Positions 50,931 through 63,450 of a stretch of DNA of 64,000 bases are shown here, in pieces. This DNA comes from Carcharhinus amblyrhynchos (taxonomy: Eukaryota). Location of the stretch: assembly GCA_965287045.1 (NCBI GenBank), contig OZ336890.1, positions 34,968,001-35,032,000 on the forward strand. The letters run 5' to 3'. The number at the start of each line of letters is the position of its first letter. Position 1 is the stretch's first letter. The translations under genes were made by a program, and so were the position numbers. The notes under the pieces were generated by a model. The model had not been told where the DNA came from. It was given only the letters and a program-made list of their open reading frames with translations, and did not search any database.

Positions 50931-51240
50931 CACAGAATCTCTACAGTGCAGAAGGAGGCCCATTGAGTCTACACCAACCACAATCCCACCCAGGCCCTAT
51001 CCCCACAACCTCATGCATCCACCCTACTAATCCCCCTGACACTAAGTGGCAATTTAGCATGGCCAATCAACCTAACCCGCACAGAATTTGGACTGTGGGA
51101 GGAAATCAGAGTACCCGGAGGAAACCCATGCAGACACGGGGTGAATGAGCAAACTCCACACAGACAGTGACCCAAGCTGGAAATCGAACCTGGGTCCCTG
51201 GCGCTGTGAGGCAGCAGTGCTAACAACAGTGCCGCCATGC
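50931..51240 (-). mobile_element. HE1/V-SINE type A
   Basis: Complete copy. Confidence 0.93.
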
Positions 51241-51624
51241 TGTAGCAAAAGGGTAAAATATAAATGTGTGGAATTTCTACCGAGAAGTTTTTCCAATATA
51301 GAAATATAAATGTACATCACTACATGAAATCAAAAAAAAGCACTTAATTCACTACTAATAATGAAAGACAAAGCATGATTGAACTAAAGCTTACTGATTA
51401 AAGAATTAATGTTGTGTGGCAGTTACATTCCTCAGCAACCCCAACTTGGATTCAGTTAGTAGACTGATTAAAATCAACTGATGTTTATTTTTTAACTTTC
51501 CTGTATGGTAGTTTGTTGTCATCTCCATAGATACCAGTCCTACGGTCTGCCTGGAGGATCACTTGACTGGTCGGTGAGGGATATACCTCCCAGGTTTGTT
51601 TCCTTCCCTCAGCATCATAGACGA

Positions 51625-51773
51625 GCTTCTTTATGTATGAATAGGATGGGAAATCAGAGATATGGTTCCCGGAAGAGTAAGGACTTTTAGTTTAGGCAGG
51701 CAGCATGGTGGATGCAGGCTTGAAGTGCTGAAGGGCCTGTTCCAGTGCTGTAATTTTCTTTGTTCTTTGTTCT
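51625..51773 (+). mobile_element. CR1 3' tip
   Basis: gaagggcctgttccagtgctgtaatt followed by (ttctttg)n. Confidence 0.7.
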
Positions 51774-52259
51774 TCAAAACCTAACCATCTAGGAGCAGGC
51801 CGATTGAAAGTGTGACTTGAGGATATAGTTGAAGGCCTTCCAACAGTGGTTCCTATAGTTTAGTGACTACTAAACAATTGTTATTACATTCACATCATGT
51901 TGTACAATTATAGAACAAGGGGATACTTCAAATGAATTTGTGAAATTAAAGATACTAATTATTTATAGATGTAGCTGGATTGATTTAATGAATTATGAAC
52001 CAGGTGTTTTCCAAACATTTTATTCCTTTTCCTTTCAGCCTTCTTTGTTCCTAACAAAGAGCAAAACAACATCTAGTTGATTAAAATGTGACATCTGCAC
52101 TTCATGATGTCTTAGCCTCACTTACAGCAAACATCTGTTTCAATTCCCATAACTAACATGTTTTGTCCGTTTATAAGTGAGGGTTAATGATTTCTCCAAG
52201 AACAACCCACATGATGAAAATAGGTAGTGACTGCATTCCCAAAACTTCGAAGTATAGCG

Positions 52260-52605
52260 TGGAATCCATAAAGTGCAGAAAGAGGCTGGTCGGCCCATCA
52301 ATCTGCACCAATCTCTCAACAACATCTTACACAGGTCCATCTCCCCACCATATCCCCATAACCCCATGCATTTACCATAGCTAATCCACCTAATCTACAC
52401 ATCTTTGGACACTAAGGGGCAATTTAGTATAGCCAATCCACCTGACGACACACCAACTGTGGGAGGAAACTGGACCACCTGGAGGAAACCCACACAGACA
52501 TGGGGAGAACATGCAAACTCCACCAACAGTCACCCAAGACTGGGATTGAACCCAGGTCCCTGGCGCTGTGGTGCAGCAGTGCTAACCACTGTGCCGCCTT
52601 GCCAC
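52260..52605 (-). mobile_element. HE1/V-SINE type A, longer-tail variant
   Basis: Contains the doubled ccacctaa..acatctttggac block also seen at 22518, 57300 and 59810. Confidence 0.9.
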
Positions 52606-52709
52606 CCACTTGTTTAATCTTTACGCAAAGGTTGCAGGTTTCAACTTCTGACTTGAAATTATACCAATTACTATTTTTGCCTTTATAATGGTGGTTATGT
52701 TATAAGAGG

Positions 52710-53022
52710 TTGTTACCCCTGTCTGGAGAGTTTAGACTGAGGGGGCACTGCCTAAGGGTGAGGAACTGGCCATTTAAGACTAAGCTGAGGAGGAATTGAT
52801 TCACTCAGAAGGTTGTTAATCTTTGAAGTTCTCTAGTCGATAGGGCTGCGGATGGTCAGTCATTGAATACATTAAAGGCAATGGTCTATTGGTTTGGAAT
52901 TCTGAGGGAATCAAAGGATATGGGGATCAGGTGGGAAAGTGGAGTTGATATGGAAAGTCAACCATGATCATAGTGAAGCAGGCTCAGGGAACTATATAGT
53001 CTCCTCCTGCTTCTATTGCTTC
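52710..53022 (+). mobile_element. Old CR1 3' fragment
   Basis: ggggcactgcctaagg..gaggaggaattgattcactcagaaggttgttaatc..ctcctgcttcta. Confidence 0.8.
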
Positions 53023-53553
53023 TGCTTTAAAAAATACATGGAACAATCCTTACATGTTCATCATTAGACACTGATTTGAAACATATGGCCCATTTTCAAA
53101 CTCGTAAATGCTAATTGCAGGAATGATCTCAACATGTTGTGAGAGAGTGTTGTGAATAGATTTAAAGCAAGTTAACATTTATATTGTCTAGACAATTCCT
53201 TCCAGAATACTACAATGAGATGTTGCAAAACGTAGGATTGAAGTTTGTCAGATGCTTTCTGAATATTACAAGATTGAATTTGTCTTAAGAAGGGGAAACT
53301 GTTGCTAATTGTTCCCTTCTCCTCGCAAAGTAACACAGACAAGAAAAACTGAAGGTAAAATACCTCCAGCTATAATTTTGCACGTACACTTATCATAGAA
53401 AATTCCACAAGGACCGTCAAAACCATTGTGGCGTGGAATAGCAGCTCCAATGCACACGCACTAATCAACCTATTTGACTGGAAATAACATCAGAAATTTT
53501 TATAGGGAATGTTTCATAATCCAGAGCTTCCGCTGGGAATCATAGAGTCATAA

Positions 53554-53677
53554 GGTGGTATTTTACAGCCTCGCTCGGGCGAGGCTTATAAAATCCCACC
53601 CAAGGCTAATGGAGAATTCCGTTCTGCGATTCATGCCTGCCCCGATTCCAGGATGAGCGTGCCAGTAAAATTCCGGC
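53554..53677. mobile_element. Short TIR element
   Basis: ggtggtattttac and gtaaaattccggc inverted ends. Confidence 0.6.
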
Positions 53678-53767
53678 AATAGGGTCATAGAGCTTTACAG
53701 CATGGAAACAGGCCCTTTGGTCCAACGCTGGAGGCTTGACAGCTTGTCAAAATTTGTACTCTCACAG

Positions 53768-54023
53768 CATGCATGATGGCACAGTGGTTAGCATTGTGCT
53801 TGGGACCTTGGTTCGATTCCTGGCTTGAGTGACTGTGCCAAGCCATTCTACCTGTGTCTGTGTGGGTTCCCTCCCACAGTCCAAAATTAGATGCATTGAC
53901 CATGCTAAATTCTCTGTCTGTGTACCCGAACAGGCGCCGGAGTGTGGTGACTCGTGGATTTTTACAAAAACTTCATTGCAGTGTTAACCTAAGCCTACTT
54001 GTGACACTAATAAATAAACGTTA
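53768..54023 (+). mobile_element. HE1/V-SINE type B with internal deletions
   Basis: Head, partial V-domain, type B tail. Confidence 0.88.
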
Positions 54024-54159
54024 AAAAGAAAACAAGCCTTCATCTTGAGAATGTAACAAGACAGTGAAGAATTGATTACAGGGTATATTTTGTTTGCAGA
54101 TTGTTTGCTTAGTACTCTGGCAGGCAAAGTAACAAGATTATTAATTATTAACCAAACTT

Positions 54160-54310
54160 AACTTTAAAGAGTCCTAAGGCATTTCACAGATAATTGTAAG
54201 GAAAACTGGTGTTGAGCCCGACAAGTAAATAGAGGTGGTAATTTTCATTGAAGTGCTTGGCTCTGAGGACGTTTTAAAAAAGAGAGGCAGCAATGTTTGG
54301 ACACGAAACT
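54160..54310 (-). mobile_element. Old L2 3' fragment
   Basis: gtcctaaggcatttcacaga resembles 56665-56800. Confidence 0.45.
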
Positions 54311-54337
54311 ACTGCAGAATTAAACAATTTATACAGT

Positions 54338-54565
54338 TATAGAAACATAGGAACTAAAAGCAGGATAAGGCCACCTGGCCGTTCGAGCCTGTTCCACCAT
54401 TCATTTTGATCACGGCTGATCACCGAATTCGATATTCCAATTCCTCCCTTCTCCCTATACCCCTTGATCCTTTAGCCCCAAAGGCTGTATCTAATATCTT
54501 CTTGAAATCACAAGATGTGTTGGCCTCAACTACTTTCTGTGGTAGTGAATTCCACAGATTCACTC
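54338..54565 (-). mobile_element. CR1 3' fragment
   Basis: Same subfamily as 365-595 (VNLWNSLPQKVVEA). Confidence 0.9.
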
Positions 54566-55567
54566 TCGCTCTATGATAAGCAATATTTAATCTGAAATTT
54601 AAGTATCTAACAACTTCAATATCCTGCATAATTGGTATTAACTGTAATTCTGCTATTCCAGCTCATTAGTTTAACCATTCTGTTTCTGCGATTCAGATTC
54701 ATTCCTTTGTTTTTGAATCTCTCAGTGAAAGAATCATGATTTAGCAAAAATCTACAGCTATCCAATTCTGCAGAAGCAGGTTAAACTGACTGAAATTTAG
54801 TCACCCCTTATCTGAAAAATGCCTCATTAACACAGTGTAATACATTAGCACTCAAGTGTCAAAATGTAAAAACTACCCTCAAAACTAAATTTCTACTGAG
54901 GACACAACTGTTATTTTGAGTACAACACCAATGGCTTTCCAGAGATAGGGCAGCGGCAGATGTGTCAAGGTGGGGTACAAGACTGGCTCAAACCCTCTGC
55001 AACTGGATTTCCTTTCACAAGTATGATTTGTAGACGGGAGGAAGATTGGAAGGAAAACCAGTCGAGTGGTCAATTGACAGTCAGTTTAAGGTCAAGGAAC
55101 AGGCTTCCTGCTCACCTCCTCGGTAGGACAATGGAGGTAGCCTAAAAATATCTGCAAAATTGCACAACTTTGTCGCTGGCGTTTTCATATTGATGCATTA
55201 ATAGAAAATTTACAACCTATCCCTGGAAGTTTTATTCTTTTGTTAAAAGTTCACCAGCAAACCTTAAACTCTTTAGTAGCCGCCATCCATATATCTAAAG
55301 TAAAAATTAGGATGTAGCCAGTTTTCTTCCTGCAATCTGATCTGTTCAACAGTGACACGGGATAAAAGTCCTTGCATTACTAGAAAATGGGATTAGTGCG
55401 ACTTCATTGTCGGTGCAGGCTTGATGGGCCGAATGGCTCTTTCTGCACTGTATGACTCTGACATTCAGAAGTTCATGTTTCTCTATGCAAATAACATTTG
55501 TTTCGGTAAGAGTTCGCACAGCGCTTTATTAAAACAACAACAAGAATTTACATTTAAACAGAGCCTG

Positions 55568-56642
55568 TTTTTTATTCATTTGTGGGACACCCCAGGCGGG
55601 CCAACATTTATTGCTCATCCCTAATTGCCCGAGGACAGTTGAGTCAACCACGTTGCTGTGGCTCTGGAGTCACACATAGGCCAGACCAGGTAAGGACAGC
55701 AGATTTCCTTCCCTAAAGGATATCAGTGAACCATATGGATTTTTCCAACAATTATTTGATTTGATTTGATTTATTATTGTCACATGTGTTAACATGCAGT
55801 GAAAAGTATTGTTTCGTGCATGCTATACAGACAAAACATACCATTCATAGAGAATGAAATGGGAGAGTGCAGGATGTAGTGTTGCAGTCATAGTTAGGGT
55901 GTAGAGAAAGATCAAAAGTCAAATGGCAGCAGGGAAGAAGCTTTTCTTGAGTCAGTTGGTATGTGACCTCAGAATTTTGTATCTTTTTCCCAAAGGAAGA
56001 AGGTGGAAGAGAGAATATCTGAGGTGCGAGGGGTCCTTAATTATGCTGATTGCTTTGCCGAGTCAGCGGGAAGTGTAGGCAGAGTCAATGGATGGGAGGC
56101 TGGTTTGCATGATGGATTAGGCTACATTCACAACTTTTTGTAATTCCTTGCGGTCTTGGGCAGAACAGGAGCCATACCAAGCTGTGATACAACCAGAAAG
56201 AATGCTTTTTATGGTGCATCTGTAAACGTTGGTGAGAGTCACAGCTGACATGTCAAATTTCCTTAGTCTCCTGAGAAAGTAGAGGCATTAGTGGGCTTTC
56301 TTAACTATAGTGTTGGCATGGGGGGACCAGGACAGATTGTTGATGATTTGGACACCTAAAGGCTCTCGGCCTTTTCTACTTTGTGCCTGTTGATGTAGAT
56401 AGGGGCACGTTCTCCTTTACGCTTCCTGAAGCTGATGACAATCTCTTTCGTTTTGTTGACATTGAGGGAGAGATTAACAATGGTTTTGTGGTCATCAGTG
56501 GATTCTTAATCCCTGATATATTTTTATTGAATTCAAATTCTACCTACTGCTGTGCGGGATTCAAACCCCCACGCCCAGAACGTTAGCTGAGTTTCTGGAC
56601 TAATAGTCTAGCGATAATACCACTAGACGATTGTCAACCCCT
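55568..56642 (-). mobile_element. Second-family SINE split by a Rex1 fragment
   Basis: 55568-55752 and 56476-56642 together match the reverse complement of 42396-42737. Confidence 0.88.
55754..56475 (-). mobile_element. Rex1-type LINE 3' fragment
   Basis: Reverse complement of about 7195-7890; (atttg)n end. Confidence 0.92.
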
Positions 56643-57299
56643 CCCTTCCCTTCTAATGTAATGAAAAGTCTCAAGGCACATTGCAGAAACATTATAAAAC
56701 AAAGTGTGATTTTGAGCCACATGAGGAGCTATCAGTTGACCAAAGGTTTGGTCAAAGAGGTTTTAAGGAGTACATTAAAGGTAGAAGACATGGTAGAAGG
56801 ATGGAATTCCAGAGCTCAGGGATTCAACAACTGACAGCAAAGTGAAGAAATTATGAATGCCAAGGCACAAGAGGCCAGAATTGGAGGAGTGCAGATATCT
56901 TAGAGGATTGTGGAGCTTGAGAATATTACAGAGTTCAGGTAGGGCAAGGCCATAGAGGGATTTCAAAACAAGGATGAGAATTTTAAAGGCAAGCCTTTGC
57001 TTGACTGGGAGATGATGTAGGTCAGGGAACACAGGGGTGATAGGAAGACAGGACTTGCTCTGAGTTAAGATACAGATAGCGGAGTTTTGGATGACCTCTT
57101 AGAATGTGGGAGAATCGAGAGTTGAGTGGAATGGTCAGGTCAACAGGTAACAAAGGCTTGAATGAGGTTTCATCAGCGGATGTGCTTAGATAGGCAAAGC
57201 CAAACCACGTTACGAGGGTGGAAGTAAACTGTATTAGCGATGGCATGAATATGAGGCTGGAAACTCACCTCAGGATCAAATGTGATACCAAGGTTACAA

Positions 57300-57648
57300 A
57301 GAATCATAGAATCCCTACAGTGCAAAAGGAGATCATCTGGCCCATCGAGTCTGCATAATTCTGACCGAATGTCTTACCCAGGATGTCTCCCCATCCTAAT
57401 GGAGTAATCCTACACATTTACAATGGCTAAACTATCTAATCTACGCATCTTGGGACATTAAGGAACAATTTAAAATGGCCAATCTATCTAAACTACACAT
57501 CTTTGGACTGTGGGGGGAATCCAGACCACCCAGAGGAAACCTGTGCAGACACAGAAAGAAAGTGCAAACTCTGCACAATCACCCAAGACCAGAATTGAAC
57601 CCAGGTTCCTGGCACTGAGACAGCAGGGCTAACTATTGTGCCATTCTG
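57300..57648 (-). mobile_element. HE1/V-SINE type A inside the L2
   Basis: Degraded full copy. Confidence 0.88.
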
Positions 57649-58429
57649 CTTGAGAGACAGATGGAGTTAGCTTGGGAAGATTTGATTATCATTCCAACAT
57701 TTACTATGAGTGATATTCTGCTGATTGTTGGATAAGCAGTCTGATGGTTTAACAATTATGAAGGAGTTGAGAGAGGTGACAGTGAGCTGGAGCTGGGTGG
57801 CATCAGAGTGCATGCCAAGGGACAGCATGTAGATGATAAATTGGGGGGATGGGATACCAAAAATAGATCCTTGAGGGATATTGGAGATAAATGGACTCAG
57901 GAAGAGGAACGTTTGTAAATGATTCTCTGGCTACGATTAGCAGCATAAGAATGGAGTCACTTGAGAACCATCCATCGTTCTGAACGACAGTGGAGAGGTG
58001 TTAGAGAAGGACACTATAATCAACCATGTCAAAGGCTGCAGGCAGGTTCGGAAGATGAGGAAAATTTTACCTTTAAAATTATTTACTGTTAATGAAAAAT
58101 CACTATACTTTCTGGAATAAAAAGGTAACATTAATGGTTTCATTTAAGGTCATGAGAAGCGCTAAAGCAAATGCCGTAAAAACTTGTTTGCAAAATAGAA
58201 TTAAAATTCCTAAAAACAATTTTATTTGCTGAGCTTAATAAAGATACATATCCAGGGACAAAATATGCCCCTTCCATCTAGAACAATCAAAATTGATTAA
58301 ATTACAGAGTTTAATAACTGCATTAACCATCCAAATATTTCACATAAACTTAGAATTTTCTCCCAACAAAAGAACATCCATTTACAGGACATATCAACAA
58401 ATTCATATCTTTCATACCATACCATTCAG

Positions 58430-59335
58430 GTCACAGAGTCAGAGAATAGTTGCAGTTCAGAGGGAGGCCATTCAGCCCATCGTGTCTGCACCAGTCCTCC
58501 AAATGAGCAATTTACTTAGTGCCATTTTCCTGCCTTCTCCCCATACCACTGCACATTCTTCTTTGTCAAATAGCAGTCTAATTTCTTTTGCATTTCAATC
58601 CTTAAATACTTGCTGTATGAAACAGTTTTATTTCTCATATCGCTATTGTTTTTTTTCCAAATTAGTTTAAACCTGTACTGAGTTGTTCTCCATCCTTAAG
58701 GACAGTGCAGTGGTTAGCACTGCTGCTTCACAGCACTAGAGACCGGGGTTCAATTCTCAGCTTGTGTCACTGTCTGTGTGGAGCTTGTATGTTCTCCCCA
58801 TATCTGCGTGGGTTTCCTCTGGGTGCTCTGGTTTCCTCCCACAGTCCGAGACATATGGTTTTCACAGTAACTTCATTGCAGTGTTAATGTAAACCTACTT
58901 GTGACACTAATAAATAAACTCTAAGCTTTTCATGAGTAGGAAAGTTTTCCCCCTATCACCTCTGTCCAAATCCCGCGTGATTTTGAATACCTCTATCAAA
59001 TCCATTCTCAGTCCCTCCTCTAAGGAAAAAAATCCCAACATCTCCAATCCATCTTCATCACTGAAGTTTCTCATCCCCGGAATCATTCTTGTTATTTTAT
59101 TCTGCATCCTCTTCAATGCTTTCACATCCTTTCTAAACTGTGGCTCCCAGAACGAGATACAAAACTTCAGCTTAGGCTGAACCAGTGTCCTGTACAAGTT
59201 CAACATAACCTTCTTGCTCTTGTCCTCGATGTCAGTATTAATATTGTATACATTATTAACCAATTTTTTAATCTGTCTCCACATCTTCAATGATCTATGC
59301 ACACAAACACCCAAATCCCTCTGTTCCTGCATCTC
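58430..59335 (-). mobile_element. Old CR1 3' fragment split by a SINE
   Basis: QEQRDLGVCVHRSLK..MLNLYRTLVQPKLKFCISFWEPQFRKDV; 3' UTR at 58430-58690. Confidence 0.85.
58700..58922 (+). mobile_element. HE1/V-SINE type B, internally deleted
   Basis: Head and V-domain joined directly to the type B tail. Confidence 0.88.
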
Positions 59336-59809
59336 TTTAATCTTTGTGCCCTGTTATATTGATATTGGCCTGTAACTTCTGACCGGAATCCCAACTTAAG
59401 TTGATTGTGTGCCGCACATACGCATTGGAAAAATATGGAAGTCCAATGTGTGAACATATGTACTGTAAGTTCATCAAGTTTAAATCTCCGATTGGGGTTT
59501 GTAAAGCTGCTGTTATTGAAGCACTGAGCTGCAATCTCTCCCTAAGTTCCATCACTAATGCTGACATTAGGTGAGGATTTACACTTACTTTGCACACTTT
59601 TTATTGGGTCTAACTGCAGCAGGTAGAGGCAGCAGACATTCTTTGAGTGGTTTAATTTTTTAGTAAGTGTATTAAAAAGATGTTTAACATATATGTAATG
59701 CACAGAAAGTGAAAGAAAGATTTTAAAAAATGTTTTACAACTTTGTGATGACATACTAAGTTCCAATAAAAGGTGCGTTCATTTATAATAGATGGATGTT
59801 AGTGTCTGC

Positions 59810-60155
59810 AATCATAGAATCTCTGTAGTACAGAAGGAGGCCATTCAGCCCATCAAATCTGCACTGACACTCTGACAAAGCATTTTGCCCAGGCCCACCT
59901 ATATTCTATCCCCATAACCACACACATTTATCGTGTCATTCCCCCAAACATCTTTGGACATTAAGGGGCAATTTTGCACAGGCAATCCACCTAACCAACA
60001 CATCTTTGGACTGTGGGAAGAAACTGGGGCACCCAGAGGAAACCCACACAGACACTGGGAGAACATGCAAACCGCTCACAGGCAGTCACCCAAGGCTGGA
60101 ATTGAATTCAGGTCCCTAGTGCTGTGAGTCAACTATAACCACTGTGCCACCATGC
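59810..60155 (-). mobile_element. HE1/V-SINE type A
   Basis: Full copy. Confidence 0.9.
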
Positions 60156-61034
60156 CAAAACTTAAATTCCATTTGTTTTATCCCAATTTTAAGAGTTTTC
60201 CTGATGCAATATTAAATTTTAAAAGCCTCTTGGTGAAATGAGCTCTAAATTTACAGTGGGATGTATGCAACTTAGCAAGTTCAAACCCTTAAGGAAAATG
60301 TTCCTTAATATGCAAATCTTCTGTAAATTGATGTGAACTCTCTGCCTGATAGGCATTACAGAATGCAGTGCAAATTGAAATCTGAAGTCATGTTTCACCA
60401 CCAGTGCTGTTTTAGCTTGGCTTCTTAACTTTGAGACTTTGACATAGGCGCAGAAGAGACAGACCATGTGAAAAATGTATAATTTTTATGTCTGAACCTT
60501 TCCCTTCACCCTCCCCCCTCCTCCTCTCCCACTCCCTCCCACTCACCCCCCCTCCACATATCCCTTCCTCCTTTACCTCCTTGTTTAGAGAAAGCAGAAC
60601 TGTTGTGTCAACGTGTAACTATTTTTTGCTGATTGTTGTGTTGAAGAGAAAAATATGTTTTGTAAGAAATTTGAAAAGATGAGGGAATTAAACAAAATGT
60701 CATAGTACAACTGTTAAAGTGAAATGTTTAGTTAAATGTTAACAAGATGTCAAAATTTTGTATTTGTAACTTCCTTTCTTAATAAATATTTTCCAATAAA
60801 CTTTAAAAATTCTACTAATGCTTGATTGGAACATTAAAGCGAAACATGTAACTGTGGAATTATACAAATGTTTTATTGAAACATCAAAACAGAGCAGCCA
60901 AATATGAGAATTATAAATGAAGTAAACAAGGCAGAAGAATACTAATGATAAACACATTTAGATTTTATATGTGAACTCTTGTTTGCCCAACTACATGCAA
61001 TAAGATACCCAAATCATGGTCAAAGATGTTCATT

Positions 61035-61215
61035 GAATCATAGAATTATGGAATCCCTACAGTGCAGAAAGAGGCCATTTGGCCCATCGAGCCTGCATCG
61101 ACAACAATCCCACCCCAGCCTTCTCCCTGTTACCCCATGCATTTACCCTCCTAATCCCCTTGATATTAAGGAACAATTTAGCATGGCCAATCAACCAAAC
61201 CCACACATCTTTGGT
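61035..61215 (-). mobile_element. V-SINE type A, 3' half
   Basis: ggaatccctacagtgcag..cacatctttgg. Confidence 0.85.
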
Positions 61216-61796
61216 CCTGCATCCTTCTATATTGACATTGGCCCGTAATCTCTGATCGGAAGTTCTGACCTCTCATCTTGCCACATAAATTTTCAGTTTT
61301 CATATTCTAAATTAAAACATACAAGCACTTCTAAGCATGCCACGTGTAAATCTATATAATGATATAATGCAGATTTAAATAATAGTTTCACAGATTATAA
61401 CAAATAACAAAATCTATGTTTATTTATACATTAACTAATACTCGTCATCAATCATAAAAAAATTTACATTTTTAATGAGCCAATAACAATAAGACTTAAA
61501 AATAAGTGCAAAAAAAAATTAAATGCTTCAATATATCTTCTATAACAGCAGGGAAATCTTTCTCTGTTTCCCATGTAAAACTGCTATTTGTAAGGTGGAC
61601 CTTTATGGGCGCTCCAATCTAGCCACGTCCTAAGGGGACATGGTTAGGGTCGTCTTGCATCGTGCAGGGACCTGCGGAGATGGCTGCACTGAAGGAAGAG
61701 GGCTGTTGCTTCCAGCACAATTTTTAAGCTCAGGTAAATGCGCAGATAGTTCTTTTATTTCTGGTGGCCCATGACTTTCTGCCACTGATCAAAAGT

Positions 61797-62090
61797 TATG
61801 GACCATTCTTTCCATGTCTTTTTTGAACCAAAATGACTCGCTTTACGTTTCCCCGCATTGAACTTCCATCTGCCATCTGCCTGCCCACTTCACTATGTTC
61901 TTTTGATTTTTCTACACTGTCCTCCTCACAGTTCACGATGCTTCCAGGTTTATTCATATCATCGGCAATTTTTGAAATTGTGCCCTGTACACCATGGTCT
62001 AGCTCATTAATATTTATCAGAAAAAGTAAGGCCTCCAACACAGATCCCTGGGGAAATTCAGGGATTTCAGGGAGAGCCTTCCTCCAGCCC
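61797..62090 (-). mobile_element. CR1 RT fragment
   Basis: PQGSVLEALLFLININELD..GTISKIADD. Confidence 0.88.
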
Positions 62091-62929
62091 AAAATAAAGT
62101 AAATAATGTCCATCCAATGAGACAGATAATTTCAAAATCCCCCACATCTCAGGTGACCACAATATTTGACTTAGTTAACTAGCGTGTTCTCCCAAGAACT
62201 GTCTTTTCCTTTGTCCAGTTAAGCTAACTTAAACAATTCATTTCAGCTTATATTGCAAATGTTATTTCTTTAGATTTGATAAAGACACATTGTACAGTCT
62301 CCAGGGTTCAGCTCCCCAAAGAATAATTTGCCTCCCAGGAAGGTATTCCTTTTCAGTCACTGTGTTGGGATGTATCTAGCTTTATTAATAATTAATTACA
62401 ATTAAGAGGTTGCTATGGAAGCAGTTGGTTGCCACTGTGTATTCTTAGGATTTAATGACGATATCAATTCTGAATTCAAAGCATCTTTTTTTCTTCTGTT
62501 CTTTACCCTTTCTTCTCTTTGGTAAACCTTTGGAAACAATCCACTGCTCACATAACACAAGGACGTGTTTGTCTTCACCCTGTCAAGAACATAAACTAAA
62601 TGCAGAACTGCAAAAGGATTAAATAAACTACAAATTGACACTCATTAAGACTAGTAAATTAAAAGGCATAATAATATTTAATTGAATTATGGCTGATTAG
62701 GTAGTGTGCTGCTACAATCACTTAAACCTTTGAACTGCCTATCTCAGCTCCGTGCAGTGCTGAGCTGAAGCCAAGCATTTCCGCACACAGTAAATCAGAA
62801 AGGAGCTGTCACCAAATTGTCTTTGCACACATCGTAATGCCTGACTTTGATCCAGCAGGAGTGATGGCTCGCAAGTGTCCAGGCTACAAACAGTAAGCAC
62901 TGTAACATGAGTCTGAGGAAATTATATCA

Positions 62930-63230
62930 AACGGCACACTGCTCTGGGCAGTCCATACCCTGAGTACAGCATCCAATTTGGGTTGCCTGGATACACTAAA
63001 AAACATTTAAGTGTTGGAGGCACTGCAAAGAAAAAAGCCTGATGCTCAGTGGTAAAGATTTAAGTCACAATAGAGGGAAGACTGCAGAAACTTGAACTTT
63101 TCAACCTGGAAGGGAGGCTTCAGACAAGGGATTTTATTGTTTAAGATTTTTCATGTAATAGAAAATGTAAATCCACAATATCACCTTAAATTATAGCAGT
63201 AAAATCACTCCAAGTGTAGAAAATATATCT
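62930..63230 (+). mobile_element. Very old CR1 3' fragment
   Basis: PYPEYSIQFG..LEALQR..GRLQKLELFNLEGR-like degraded translation. Confidence 0.6.
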
Positions 63231-63241
63231 TACTTCTTACA

Positions 63242-63337
63242 CTCACCATGGTGAGATTGGAACCCAAGTACCCACAGCATGACCCTAGTTCTCTAAATTA
63301 CTAACCCAGTGACAATAACACTACACCACCATCCCCC
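63242..63337 (-). mobile_element. Head of second-family SINE
   Basis: Resembles the reverse complement of 42396-42495. Confidence 0.6.
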
Positions 63338-63450
63338 CAGTAAACATATCTCATCTCCTACATGCATCAAAAGAGTGAACTTCCAGGATTTTACTGATAT
63401 TTGAGTTCAAATTTTATAATTCATGTCCCACAATCTTGTACAAAAACATT

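Larger units (their letters stand above)
55533..58062 (-). mobile_element. L2 LINE fragment hosting three younger insertions
   Basis: DLHHLPVKQRLAFKILILVLKSLYGLA..LHSSNSGLL is the L2 C-terminus; tail remnant at 55533-55566; body 56650-57298 and 57650-58062. Confidence 0.85.

Noticed and set aside
1110-60155. tRNA genes, and recurring short ORFs such as GHCLCGVCTFSPCLRGFPPG
   Set aside because: These are SINE heads and V-domain translations; no complete cloverleaf was seen.
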